A stretch of DNA of 62,041 nucleotides, counting the filler, from Jimgerdemannia flammicorona (lineage: Eukaryota), in NCBI GenBank assembly GCA_003990765.1. It is 3 parts of 3 records of this genome, joined end to end, with 100 filler letters (N's around TTAATTAATTAA, not from the genome) between each part and the next. Parts side by side here need not be neighbours in the genome. Positions count along the whole stretch, not along the records: positions 1 to 20,618 come from RBNJ01001633.1; 2 more parts are not named here. The stretch is one strand, 5' to 3'. Of this stretch, positions 1-10,899 are shown piece after piece (the first letter of the stretch is position 1; every line of letters starts with the position of its first letter). Below the pieces are notes generated by a model that saw only the letters and a list, made by a program, of their open reading frames with translations, had not been told where the DNA came from and ran no database searches. The position numbers were made by a program, and so were the translations under genes.

Positions 1-312
1 TTGGGGTGGCAGGGGCTATTCTATTCGGCTCGGGCATGGCCTTGTACATACGTTGGGTTCTCAGGCGTGCGCTTTCGGTCGTTGGCGTATGGTTGGGTTT
101 CCCCTGGTGGTAGGGAGAGCATGGTGCACAGAATGAGGTGTGGGCTTATCAGCCCTGCTGCGCCTGGCATGGTCGAGCTGCTGGACAATAGCTAGCCTAG
201 GTTAATGGGGGGGCAGTGCTTGGTGGGTGGTGGGGGAGGGTTTTGGCCTATATAGTCTAGGTTCCCTTCCAATAAAAATCCGCGGGACATGAGTCCGTAA
301 AACAAAAAAAAA
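1..312 (+). mobile_element. 3' end of a LINE (non-LTR retrotransposon) with AATAAA and poly(A) tail
   Basis: G-rich Trp/Gly-rich ORF tail ends at 195. AATAAA at 271-276, short hairpin at 285-296, A-tract at 299-312. Same layout as the other LINE 3' ends in the window. Confidence 0.6.
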
Positions 313-622
313 GAGTCAGAAGTAATATCTATCTGATCTCATTATCAGACTATCAGGATGAGACTTAAACTCTTTTGACCTGAGGTTTATTCACTCTAGA
401 TACTGGGATATTTATACAAGTTTGCTAGCTATAAGGTGGCTAAGTTATGATTATATTTCTGTAAGTTATTTTCTATAAGTATAGATTCTCTATATCTGTA
501 AAATCTCTATATTTGTAAAGTTTCTACATTTGTAAAATGAATGCTATTTATAAGGATTCAGATACTATAATCAAATATATATCTATTTTCTATTTCTATT
601 TTATATTATATATCATAATATA

Positions 623-2180
623 TAAGTACTTATAGTATATTTCCAAACTAAACTAATGTTTTATTAAATTTAATATTTTAATTATTTAAATATATTTTAT
701 ATAAGAGGTATTTAAAAATATTAAATTTATTATTTTAAAATTTTTATTTTATCTCTAAAAAAAATTCTAAAAAAAAATTTATTGGTTTGGTTTTGAAATG
801 AAATTATTTATAAATATTTTTTATTTAATTGACAGACAATAAATTGAGATATATATTTAAAACTTATTATATTTATTATGTTAATATTTCTCTATAATCT
901 TATATAATTTATTTTTTAAAATCTTATTAATTTTATCTTTTAAAAAAATAATAAAAACTCCTTTTTTAAATATATAAATATATATAATATATTATTAATA
1001 TATTGAATTCAAACATTAAAGTAATGATATTTTGTTTAAAGAAGATTATTTAAGTATACTTTCTATTCATAATAAATTATAATTTATTTATTAAATAGAT
1101 TAGTTATAGTTTGAGATTATATAAATTATTATAGTATTAAATATTATAAGAATAATAGGAGAATAAATAGATACTATATAGAATAGATTGATATTAGATA
1201 ACTAGAAGTATATAACATTCTCTAATAAAACAAAAATTAATTATTTTGGATTTTACATATGATATATGTCTTTTTGATCATCTTTGAATTTTATAGTCAA
1301 TTGATATTATATAACTTTTTTCATATTGAAAATGCCACAAAACTACTTTAAACTGACTATAAATACTCAAACAATATATTATTATTATCTCAAATCTCTA
1401 AGATACCATAAAATTGAATCAAAGATATGAAATATCACTTAATGCAAGTTATGTAACATTAGTTGACTAAAATTTAAAAATGATAGAAAAAGACATATAT
1501 TATTTGCAGAATCCAAAATAATTGATTTTTGTTTTATTAGAAAATATTATATACTTCCAGTAATCTAATATCAGTCTGTTCTATATAGTATCTATTTATT
1601 CTCTTGTTATTCTTGTATATACATATATATTTAATACTACAATAATTTATATAATCTCAAACAATAACTAATCTATTTATAATTTATTATAAGTAAAAAG
1701 TATATTTAAATAACCTTCTTTAGATAAAATATCAATACTTTAATATTTGAATTCAGTATATTAATAATATACTATATATATTTATATATTTAAAAAAAGT
1801 TTTTTTATTATTTTTTTAAAAGATAAAATTGATAAGATTTTAAAAAATAAATTATATAAAATTATAAAGAAATATTAATAGAATAACTATAATAAGTTTT
1901 AAATATATCTTAATTTATTGTCTATATATTAAATAAAGAATATTTATAAATAATTTCATTCCAAAACTAAACCAATAAATTTTTTTTTTAGAATTTTTTT
2001 TAAAGATAAAATAAAAATTTAAAAATAATAAATTTAATATTTTTTAAATACCTCTAATATAAAACTATAATATATTATAATATAAAATATATTTATATAG
2101 AGTATTTTTATTGAAATACCTAAAATATAAAATTTAATAAAACATTGGTTCAGTTTTGGAACATTCTGTATTAATACTTA
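623..2180. mobile_element. AT-rich foldback / long-TIR non-autonomous element (arms about 623-1317 and 1446-2180)
   Basis: The arms are reverse complements along their length, e.g. ttccaaactaaactaatgttttattaaattt (641) vs aaatttaataaaacattggttcagttttggaa (about 2130-2161). Spacer about 130 nt, no ORF, no clear TSD. Confidence 0.8.
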
Positions 2181-2296
2181 GTAACCTCTCTATATAATCT
2201 CTCTTTTCAGCATATTTCTGAGTACAATTTCATTCAAAGTACTATACAAGATTTTCAAGTTGCTAAAAACATCCGATATAGGGTATTATATTTCTT

Positions 2297-3575
2297 TTAG
2301 TTTATTTGTATTCCCTTCTTATCAATTATTTGGGTTATTCGGGATATCTTAGTGAGCGATTTATAACTCCATATATGACGTACGTCATTTATTTGTGGCT
2401 TATGTAAAACATCTAAAATGGTTACGTCACCAATAATCGCTCTGCCATTGCTATTATCCATATTCGTTATCATACAACAGAATTCTACAATTCCTGAAAC
2501 AGAAGTAACCTCTGTTTCTTTATTCTTTTTATATCCCATGTGAGGTTTTTAAAATTAAAATATAAACGTCCCTTATTTCCCTTAGGCGGCCCCGCACGTA
2601 CTAAAGTCCACAGTGTAGATTTTTGATTCGGATTTAGAGATGATCCTTGTAATACATGATGGCGTCGGACCAAGAGTCCGTTCGGACGGTATGCCTCCTT
2701 GCAAAGGGAGTGAAAATGAATAACTAGTTAAATAACCGAATAAAGCAATGTTCAGTGATGTTCATGCAATATAAACTGTTAAAATGGCCTTCCTCCTAAA
2801 TCCACCCTCTCGTTACTCGCTTGCTCTCTGCCTGATTGAATCTCATCGACACCCCTCATCTCCGCCAACTTACTGACGACGGTGCCAGTCTCACCTTCAG
2901 CATGGAGCACCCAGAGCCAGGGTTGCAGGACTGATGCAAATATTAGCGAATCGAAAAGATTGGCCTAGGAGAACAAAAAAGTTGGAAGGGTGGGCCCTTA
3001 AAGTTGCGCTGATTTGGACAGGTAGAAGAACTAGAGAAATTAGGATGTACATCGCGACAAAATAAATCCAAATCGCCGAAAGACAAAAATCGTAACCCCA
3101 GTTTATGAAGTTAGTAAGCACGAGCGCGATGGTGCATCATTGGATGAGAAAGGCAGTGGTAAACGGCATACCGCAATGTAGCTGTCGCTGTCACGGGGGT
3201 TCCACCAGTAACGCAGTCTTCGACGTTGATGCCGATGTTTCCAGTGGAAACGCTAGCGTTGAAATCTGCACAACCCGCTTGCGGAAGGGTGCTTAGATAT
3301 CGTCTGGAAGGTAAAATGAGAAAATAGGAGTTAGGGAGCTGGTAATTTGATGCTGACCCTAGTGGACCTTTTTCGGTATCTTAGAACCACAATCACAATC
3401 CCACCCGCAACCTACATATTTCAACCCCAATGATATGGCCGTAGGTCCAGCAACCAGAGGGCGCGACAAGGGAAGCGGCCAGATAGAAGACTTACCAGCT
3501 AGGGATATCCGGGCTGAAGAAGTAGCAGTTGAACGATGCAGAGCGGATTTCACACGCGGTGAGTAAGACGGGCAT
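2297..3575 (-). pseudogene. Probable spliced gene or pseudogene of unknown function
   Basis: ATG at about 3575 (MPVLLTACEIRSASFNCYFFSPDIPS), followed by canonical minus-strand donors (GTAAGT, GTCAGC, GTATGC, GTGAGA, GTACGT). One clear 54-nt intron at 3357-3304 with CTAAC and CCAG. I could not assemble an uninterrupted frame. Confidence 0.3.
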
Positions 3576-4457
3576 GAAAAGTGTGACCAGCAAGACTAAA
3601 AGGAAAGATAGTTTCTCTGTAGGCGAGGAAAAACGATGGATACAAAAAAGTAGAGTTAAAGGAAAAGTAGAGTCAGAGGAGTCGTGAAATAAAATACCAC
3701 ATTTGACAAAATAAAACTATCAAGATCCCAAACACCCTAAATCGCCAGGAATATAAAATAAACGTACCCTTTGGCGCTATCATGGACAATAGTGACGGAC
3801 GTCGCAGCTTCGGCAGGCGCTCGGGTTTAACTACGGTAGTAACAGGAATGTTCTGTGTGAGGGGCTTGGCACACATTCCCTTGGTAGCCCCGACGGTCGC
3901 AGTGACGGGAGAAAACGACAAGGGGGCGCAGCGAATGAACGTGGCACGTGATGGTCAGAATAGGTGCACCTTCTTGGTGTTGTATCTCTTGTGGTTTGGG
4001 AATGGCGTTATAGCGTTCGTGGAACAAACGATAATTCAATACATGGGGTACAGAAAAGAGCTATGCCGATATCGAACACGTTGACTAGCAGACGACAAAA
4101 TTCAAGCCACCGAAACAACAGTATATATATATATATATATTAATACCCTGAAAAGATCCAGCCCCCGAAATCGCTACCTGGGATGAACATACAGTTTTTG
4201 TCCACTTTCGACACCCTGTTCGCGGATGAAACCCGACCATGTAGCCAACTTGTGTGGTCGGGAACTCTTGTGTGGTCAGGAATTTTATTGTCTCGCTGAA
4301 ACATGGTATTAATTATATAATTGTTTCAAGACATTGATGACTGTAAGACAAGAATGGTTAAGCATGCAATATAAAGAGTTTCCAATCGAATCACGTGTGG
4401 CGAATACGCGGACACCTCCTGACCTCCACCTCTTCCGCCTTCCAACTACAAACCACA

Positions 4458-5621
4458 ATGGAACCGGCCGCCGTCCCGAAACCCCAGAGTGTCGTATTCG
4501 ACGACATCGCAAAGTCCCTCCAGTGCCAGATTTGTCTAAACACCATGGCCGATCCACGCACACTCCCTTGCGGCCACAACTTTTGTTGGGAGTGTATCAT
4601 CAACCTGGCCACCTCCCAACGCGCTAGTCGCTCGATAAACCTCAAGTGTCCGAATAGCTGCCACCAAACCATCCGCAGCGACCGCTCCAGCCTCAAGAAT
4701 CTTCCTCGGAACTTTACCCTTTGCAGCATCATCGAGTCCATGAATCAGGCCACACGCTGCGAGAGCCACGACGATTACGTCAACTTCATTGACATGACCG
4801 ACGGCAAGCTGCTCTGCGAACATTGCCTCAAGGACGAGCAGAACTGTCCCAACCTCGTCAAGTCCGCAAAGATCCATCCGGTCGCACAAGCCGACCCATT
4901 TGCCACACCTTCAACCACCGTAACGATTCCAAGCCTCTCCCTGCCCCCCGAAATTCTACCTCTCTCCATAGCCGGAGACGTCGTAAAGTCGAACCTCGAA
5001 CAATTTATCAGCCAGTCCATGTTCTTAGTGACGCAGATGAAGTCCTTGGAATCTCTGCTCCGCAACAATCTCAAAGTCAGCGAGGAGAGTAAAAGGCATA
5101 CAATGCGCCAGGTTGACTCAATATTTTCCTCCTTCACTACCGCCCTTTCCGAGCAGAAGGCCCGCCTCAAGTACATTATCGACGGCATGTATGACGACTT
5201 TGAAGTCCGCGAGAGCGTCGATTCCCTTTCGAAGGCCATCGTCACCATCTCCAAAACAGCCGAAGACACCTCAGTCATGCTCAACGCCCAGCACCGTCAG
5301 TCCTCACAGGACAAACTCATTCAGTTTCTCACATCCGTCATACCGCTTCAGTCCTCATTTGCCCCAGACCTTGGCGCCGCCTCCAAAGAGTTCGACGCCG
5401 CCAATGTCTTCAAAAGGTCACCCGACGTCCTCGTCACATGTCCAACCATGTTGTCTCTTCTCAAAATCTTGAGATCTCCGGGCCTCTTCAAGGTAACCCG
5501 GGACGAAGACATACCGGCACCACCAAAATCTACGTCGAAAAGGTCAACGACAAACGGGACCCAGATCCAACCTCAACAAAATTTAGCCCGCAACAGCCGG
5601 ACCAGTCGACAACAATTGTGA
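4458..5621 (+). CDS. RING finger (C3HC4) / B-box-like / coiled-coil protein (TRIM/RBCC-like E3 ubiquitin ligase), about 387 aa
   Basis: ATG at 4458. RING: CQIC..PCGHNFCWEC..KCPNSC, then the TRIM-type LPRNFTLCSII motif. Degenerate B-box2: CESH..FIDMTDGKLLCEHC. Helical heptad region follows. Open, CpG-rich frame. Confidence 0.85.
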   Translation: MEPAAVPKPQSVVFDDIAKSLQCQICLNTMADPRTLPCGHNFCWECIINLATSQRASRSINLKCPNSCHQTIRSDRSSLKNLPRNFTLCSIIESMNQATRCESHDDYVNFIDMTDGKLLCEHCLKDEQNCPNLVKSAKIHPVAQADPFATPSTTVTIPSLSLPPEILPLSIAGDVVKSNLEQFISQSMFLVTQMKSLESLLRNNLKVSEESKRHTMRQVDSIFSSFTTALSEQKARLKYIIDGMYDDFEVRESVDSLSKAIVTISKTAEDTSVMLNAQHRQSSQDKLIQFLTSVIPLQSSFAPDLGAASKEFDAANVFKRSPDVLVTCPTMLSLLKILRSPGLFKVTRDEDIPAPPKSTSKRSTTNGTQIQPQQNLARNSRTSRQQL

Positions 5622-5942
5622 GTGCGGAGGCTATTGGAAACGAGCATTGGTTATTGGGAGACGCCTAAATAAGGATACCGTTCTTATTTTATTTTTTGTG
5701 TGAGGGTATTTACGTATAAATTTCTATATCACTCACATTTTTCATGATGTTTTTTCCGATACTCGAGTTTTATACGAAATAAAAATAAAAATAAAAAAAT
5801 TATATCAATATATCTCTGATATCTCAAATGACGAAATCGCGTCCACGACAGAACGCGAAAGGTCGCTCTTCACAGAGGGGCCCATACACAGATTAACAAG
5901 AAAGAAGGGAAATCCAAGCACAAATCTAAAAGCCGCTTGATC

Positions 5943-6235
5943 TGCAATATTGGATTGGTGGGTGAGGAATTTACTAGCTTTGATGCTGGCATGATTGAAA
6001 TTACATCGACGTGGATATTTCGATCTTGGAGTTAGGATAGTCGGAAGGTAATTGATAAGTCAAATGAAGTAGTGACTTTCCATCCGGATAACAACAAATA
6101 CGCTTGCACCCTTTCCATCAACGGGATTAACTACGGGATTGCATGGACCGGCCTTCCAGAGAAAGTTGGCTTTGGGAGTTCAAGCCAAGTATCGGATAAA
6201 GGATTGTTTTTAAATTCTCCCCCTTCTGCTCAGTG
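5943..6235 (+). pseudogene. SPRY-domain C-terminal fragment, paralogue of 9426-9782
   Basis: Translates CNIGLVGEEFTSFD..WIFRSWS*..VVTFHPDNNKYACTLSINGINYGIAWTGLPEKV with an in-frame TAG at 6033-6035. The 3' flank (6210-6410) is homologous to 9760-10030. Confidence 0.75.
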
Positions 6236-6599
6236 AATACAAATGCACTTCATTTATTTATTATCTGATTATATGTATTGGATATGTTTTTGTAGATGTA
6301 TGCTTTAGGGCATCTTCTTGGAAGTGCTTTGTTAATTTACAAAATGATTCTTGTTTCCATTATAATCATAGTGATATTGTCTATATAAATTTCTGAAACA
6401 ACTTATACTATATGGAAAAATGTTTCAGTAATTCCTAGATGGACGAGGTGCAGTAGGCACTGAAGTCTGTCACAGACTTCGCAAGCATTGTGGACTGTGA
6501 AGAGTTGGTTTCTGCCATTCCAAAGACAATGGTGTACTTTATTTATAGTGTCTTAGATATGTCTTATGTGTGAAATAGTATGTTCTATAGATATAAATA

Positions 6600-9000
6600 A
6601 TTGAGACAGAGTAAGACAGTAGTCTCAATAAAAGAACCTCTTGACTCTTATAGATTCCCTTAGCTTAGAAAGCTTAGCACATGAGCTAGAGAAAAAGAGG
6701 AGAGAAAATGGAGACTAGGTGACAAAGATCCCTAAAAAGCAAAACAGAATAAAAACAAAATAAACTCCAATAAAAAAAGAAAGAGAGTAGAGTTATTTAA
6801 GAAAGATAGATAAGAGTGAAAAATTAACTCTTTATGATCCTTTACAATACTTATAAAGTCTGGGACAAACTTTGATATCTATGATATCTCATCTATTCAG
6901 AACTAAGTATTACTTTATTCTAGACTATTTCAGAGTAGACTATAGATAAGTAGAACACCCAACTAGTATAGAGGTCTTATGCTTAAGAACTATATAAATG
7001 AGAGATATGGTTTAAAAGAATTAGAAAAGAACTAGTATTCTGTAAGATAAGTAGTAATAGTATTTGAAGATAGTCTTAGAGCTTCAGTTTCTGCTCTCAA
7101 GTATCTCATCAATAGATGTCCCTCCTTTCAATACTTTGGAGAACTCAGTATAGACAAAGTAGAGATAGTAAATAGAATCAATACTGATAACTACTATATA
7201 TTTCAAAAACTGGTTATAAAGATAATTGGTAATCAGATTATAATAGAAAGATTGTATACTAATGAAGAGATGGTTACTATTGTTTAATGAGTATAGAGAT
7301 TCTATTTTATATATTTAGTAAAAAATCCAGTATATCAAACATATATTCTTATCTTCTAAAAAGATTAGAATATAGTATAAAGTCTTAAAAGAGGTGTCCA
7401 GCATATACTCTTTAGTCATATCTGCAGTAAGAATTATTTCAGCAGACTAGTTATCTTGGTCATTCTAAAATTCAACTATAGTTCAGTAGTGATAAAGTTA
7501 CTTACTATATATTATAAAGTATAGAGTACAAGAGGATATATATCTTTTTATATTATAAGACTCTCTGTTTAATAAATTGAAAAGGTCTAGAGAGTTTAAC
7601 TATTAAATAAAATTAGAGATATTCTACTATTGGACCTTATACTTAGGTAAAAAAAGATATAAGTTATATATCTATCTCCTAAATAAGATAAGAGATTGTA
7701 GAGAGTTTGGAGAAGTAGATACTATTGATAACTAGAGTCCAGTAGTCTATAACAGCCTTAATACTATAAAGTTAATAGGTGCTCATTCTATTATAAAAGA
7801 GATAGACTAAGTAGTTAATCTATTATTCAGTAGATATATATAAAAGAGATCAATATACTATTAATGATATCAATAGATATAGTATTGATAAATAGACTTA
7901 TAGTTCTTATATAATGAGGCTCAAATATTAGCTCTAATAAAGTAATGAGTTAGTTCTACCAATATTATAATTTTTGAGAAATACTGCTAACTAAATATAT
8001 ATATAAGAGTATTCTAGTAATAAGTCTGCTTTACTATTACTAGTACTCAATGAGAGAGAAGAACTAGAGAGACTATTGCTATCTTCAAGAGTTCAGACCA
8101 CCAGCTTTATTACTACCAAAATAAAGTAATGAGAATTTAATATAAGTAATAGTCCTCTATTATTTTGTATAAGATATAGTTGGACAAAATTTAGAGAGAA
8201 TTTGTATACATAAGCTCCAGTAGATAGTATCAGTAGCAAAAAGCATCTATTTCTAGACTTCAGGGTCAGCTCATCAACTATAGAAGAGTTAGATCTATAT
8301 ATATAGCAAATCAACCTAAGATAGAGAGGATATTAGTTATAGAAAGTAAACTTGGAAGAATGCCTACCAAATCTTATAACTGGTAAGGTAGCAGAGAAAG
8401 GAGTATATAACTGCATTGCACACAATTCCTTTTCATGAATATAAGATACAGAATATGAGTATCCTCTAAACTAATTAATATCAATACTCTAATATCTAAT
8501 ATATAATTATTTCTCTATCATTATAACTCTCTTAAGTTATATATTATTTCCTATAATTAATATTTATTAATATTAATAAATTTATCTAGTATATAGTACT
8601 AAAATAACTATAATTTAATTTTTACTCTGAATTAAAACTATATATATTATTTAATAATATATCTGAAAGTATTATTAATTATAAATAATTACAACTCTAT
8701 TTAATAATTTAAAGTAGTTTATAAATATTATTATTTTTTTAAAATTTTTTATCATTCTTTTAATAATTCTAGTATTTATATTAAATTTAATTAGAGTATT
8801 AAATAAGCTATTTATTATTCATTTTTATATTATTTTAAATATTTTATTTAATATTTTATTCTATAATTATATTTCTATTATACAACAATTATATTAGATT
8901 GAGAGTTATATTATTAATTTATACATTAAATTGAGAATGCAGAGTTAAACGTTAATTGTAATATAATTATAATTATTTATATATAATGAATATTTTCTTA
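6600..9000. other. CpG-free, AT-rich, heavily decayed repeat-like block (unassigned)
   Basis: Abrupt compositional change from the flanks, essentially no CG dinucleotides, very TA-rich. Coding-like remnants are full of stops and show no recognisable domain. Confidence 0.4.
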
Positions 9001-9099
9001 TAGTACTTTGACGTACCGATGACGTCGGCAGTATATACATCACTGCGCCACAGTTCGAAATCGTCATTTCAATCCGTAACAGTAACCAAACCCTAAAAA

Positions 9100-9782
9100 A
9101 TGACCAACAATAGTGGCCTTAGCCTCAAGAACGACATCGCCGAGATATGGACAGACACAACCTTCCATGACGTAACCATTGTCTGCGTCGATGGTGTCGA
9201 ACTTGGAGCTTGCCGTGCTGTGCTGGCTGCAAGGTGTGTTCCGTCGCTTCTTGATCGTGTTTCATGTGTTTATATCTTTTTCTCTAACTATGTCAAATGG
9301 TCGCACAGGTGCCCTGTGTTCAAGGCGATGCTGTACGGTAACATGCAAGAGAGCATCTCGCAAAGAGTCGTTCTCCGTGACATCAACTCTGCAGTGCTCA
9401 CAGTCGTCCTCGGCTTCATCTATCCGTGGGGTCCAATGGCTACTGCGAAATTGGGTTGGTGTGTGAGGAATTTACTAGCTTTGATTCCAGCCTGTATGGG
9501 ATAGCATCGGCGTGGGTATTTCAATCTTGGAAAGGTGAACATCGAATGGTAAGTGGTGGGGGGAATGGAGCCCGCCACTATGGTGTCATTCTTCGGAACG
9601 GTGACGTAGTGACTTTCCACCTGGATAACAGCAACCACACTTGCGCCCTTTCCATCAACGGTATTAGACAGGGGACTGCATGGGCTAATTTACCAGATAA
9701 AGTGTACCCTGCTGTGGTTTTGATATTTCAAGCCAAGTATCGGATAAAAGATCGTATATCTCCCCCCCCTTCTACTCAATAA
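9100..9782 (+). pseudogene. BTB/POZ-SPRY gene with one intron (9234-9308) and an internal deletion/frameshift
   Basis: BTB: FHDVTIVCVDG..ACRAVLAAR|CPVFKAMLYGNMQES..VLGFIY, with a 75-nt GT..CTAAC..CAG intron. At about 9420 it switches frame into SPRY: CEIGLV..GDVVTFHLD..SINGIRQGTAWANLPDKVYPAV. Confidence 0.8.
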
Positions 9783-10899
9783 ATACAAACCCACTTCATT
9801 CATTTATTGTCTGGTTGATATGTATTGTATGTGATATATATTGTATGTGATATGTATGGGGCTCCGGCCTATAAAGAAAAAAAAAAAAAAAAAAAAAATA
9901 TGTAGATGTATGCTTTCAAGCATCTGCTAGGAAGTGCTTTGTTATTTTTACACAAATGGTTTAATTTCAATTTCTCCCTTTTAAATTTAGTGATGTTGCC
10001 TAAATAAATTTCTGTAACAACCAACATTATGCACAAAAATGATTCTGTAATTTTAAAATTCCAAAAATTTACAACGTTATATTCTGCAATATCTAAAAGA
10101 ACAACAGATAGCCGCTGCTGCTCCGAGTCACAGTAAAAGTAAACATCTATATTCATCAACTTGTGTCAATTTCATAGTGGACCAGCCAAGGATAGGCTCA
10201 CTATAGCACGTAATGTTGAACGGAAATCTTGAGGTCGTGGCGGACGCGAATGCCTCAGACCAACGCCGTTGTTCAATGCTGTAAGGGAGAGAAACAACAA
10301 TGTCGTGAAGTTAGTCGTGTACGAGTTTGGGATGGACAGGGTTGGAATGGGGGAACGCCGATATCATGAGGTACCTGCAGCACGAGTCGGAACACAAAGG
10401 ATATTTGCAGCAACAGTTGTTTTTTTTTTTTTTTTGGTTGAATGTAGCAAAATTCTGCAGCACATTGAATGAAATTAATTTATCAAGCAAAATACCACAA
10501 GTTTAATTCATATTTATTAGATATATTTTTTATTTAGAAGATAATGCGACCTTGCTGCATAGTGAAAGCTGTGCCACTGAGAAAGCACCCATATGGTTAT
10601 TCTAAAACTTTATCATGACACCAACAGCTAATTACATAGTTATCAAGTTTTCACTACAATAACATTACACATGTTACCAACACCCAAATTCATTCGCATT
10701 CAACATACTGTGTCTGCTCAACCTCCTCGCAATGCTTCCCTTCCACAAGGCTCGATCGATATCCACACATCACATATCATTCCCTAACCCCTCCAGCTTA
10801 CACATATTCTCTCATCTTCCACCACACCTCCAGCACAAATAGAAGCATCTCCAAAAAAAAATCACAAACAGTCCTGAAGGCTATTCAACCATGACACTA

